From Chrysomallon squamiferum (lineage: Eukaryota > Animalia > Mollusca): 64,000 bases of DNA. The translations under genes and the position numbers were made by a program. Every line of letters begins with the position of its first letter. Position 1 is the first letter of the stretch. Shown piece by piece: positions 62,782 to 64,000 of this stretch. The stretch covers positions 25,730,001 through 25,794,000 of the forward strand of contig CM022673.1 in NCBI GenBank assembly GCA_012295275.1, in the 5' to 3' direction. The notes under the pieces are model-generated. The model did no database searches. It saw nothing but the letters and a program-made list of their open reading frames with translations, and had not been told where the DNA came from.

Positions 62782-63933
62782 CTGTGAAAAGAATTAATTT
62801 AATAATGAATAATAATCACATTTTGTTTGAAATTCAAGATCTTATTATTTTTCTTAAATAAAAATAGATTATGGTATCCAAAAAAAAAAAAAAAATATAT
62901 ACATATTTATAAAATATAAATAAGTAAGTAAGTAAATAAAAATATATATATATATATATATAATATTAAAAGAATAAATAAATGAAAAAAGAAGCAATGA
63001 TGATCATAATGATGATAATGGTAATAATAATAATGCGAGTACATTTAATACAGTTGAAATATCTGGAACTCATACAAAATAATGTTCATCTTATTTTTTT
63101 TGGAGAAAGTTTATCTACAAAAACAAGTGCTGTGTTTTAAATTATAAATAATAATAAAAATAATGATGTTAATAATATTAATAATAATAATAATGCTTTC
63201 AGTCTAATATTTTGCCAGACTGTTTACGATACAAATAACATGCTGTAACAGAAGTCAACCTACTTTCTCTATGAGTAGATTTGGATTCTGAACAAGATTT
63301 TCATTGACCTCAATTAACTGACCTCGCATGCAGCTGTACATCGTATACTCAAGTCCATTGTCACAGGTCACAATGCAAAGAGGAGATTTAGGCTTCAGCC
63401 ATTGAGCGCCCTAAAAAAAAAAAAAAAATTATAAAATATCAAGTTTATTTGAGGATGCTACCATAAAACTGACTTTCATAACTCTGAACCAATATTGTTA
63501 ATTTTGTCATTTTTTTTATTAATAACACAGTGTTCATTAGATATTCAGCTCATCAGATTATAAAAATGAACAACAGTTATTGCAAATTTGCCCGGTGAGC
63601 TCATAGTATGGGTGCCTGTTTGTGCCAGAGCTGAAAGGGTAGATATCTTTATCTATTTTAAATTTATGCTCACTACGAAATACCTGAAATTGCACACACA
63701 AATTAATATGGTTTATTTAAATTTTTGGCACCATCAAACATTAATGTTTAAGTGAAACTACATATACAGAGAACACATTTAAGGTTGTAATGATGTCTTC
63801 TTGTCTTACCCTCTTTGATTTTCCTGTAACTTTATTTTCTAGTCTGTTCATTTCACTAGTAACTTGAAAATTAACTTTTTCAATTCTTGTCTTGAATATT
63901 GGATGACTTGGTGCAACAGTTATAATGCATATT
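62611..63933 (-). CDS. ABITRAM: Protein Abitram / FAM206A / Simiate (actin-binding transcription modulator); last three coding exons, 5' end beyond window
   Basis: Minus-strand exons 63933-63810 (ICIITVAPSHPI...NRLENKVTGKSKR), 63410-63264 (GAQWLKPKSPLCIVTCDNGLEYTMYSCMRGQLIEVNENLVQNPNLLIEK), 62781-62611 (PLTEGYIAIVLP...KSEV*); canonical splice sites and compatible phases; motifs match FAM206A as I recall it. Not in the ORF track. Confidence 0.92.
63264..63410 (-). CDS. ABITRAM: ABITRAM exon
   Basis: poly-T-ag acceptor, AAA|gtaggt donor, 147 nt open. Confidence 0.92.
63810..63933 (-). CDS. ABITRAM: ABITRAM exon
   Basis: tttttag acceptor, AGG|gtaaga donor, 124 nt, phase 2-0. Confidence 0.9.
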
Positions 63934-64000
63934 CTAAAAATAAAAATAAAAGTTTTGGTTAAGTTGATAAATAATAATAATACTTAAAAAAAAACATTAA

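Overview
AT-rich, microsatellite-laden eukaryotic (animal) genomic DNA, most likely a mollusc; the taxon is inferred from protein divergence and repeat fragments, not proven. Four intron-containing genes can be assembled by hand. (1) GOLGA4/golgin-245 on + (5'-truncated, 20 visible exons at 298-16779, a 4.4-kb coiled-coil exon, C-terminal GRIP domain). (2) RBM45 on - (ATG 29860, stop 22297, four RRMs, C-terminal KKARY NLS-like tail), convergent with GOLGA4. (3) A three-exon myostatin/GDF8-GDF11-family TGF-beta ligand on + (43170-53767, 493 aa) inside a ~30-kb CpG-rich non-coding domain. (4) The 3' part of ABITRAM/FAM206A (Simiate) on - (63933-62611). Notable oddities: single-base frameshifts in GOLGA4 and RBM45 (assembly indels most likely; recoding or real alleles not excluded), tandem arrays that multiply real splice acceptors in both genes, two GC-AG introns in GOLGA4, several candidate poison-exon events in RBM45, a perfect 20-bp hairpin carrying poly(A) signals, a sharp CpG-poor/CpG-rich/CpG-poor mosaic, and a myostatin-like ligand with a uORF and a ~127-aa sequon-rich N-terminal extension. 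No rRNA, tRNA, CRISPR or intact autonomous transposon was seen. I cannot demonstrate a wholly new biological system from sequence alone; the best leads are listed as findings.
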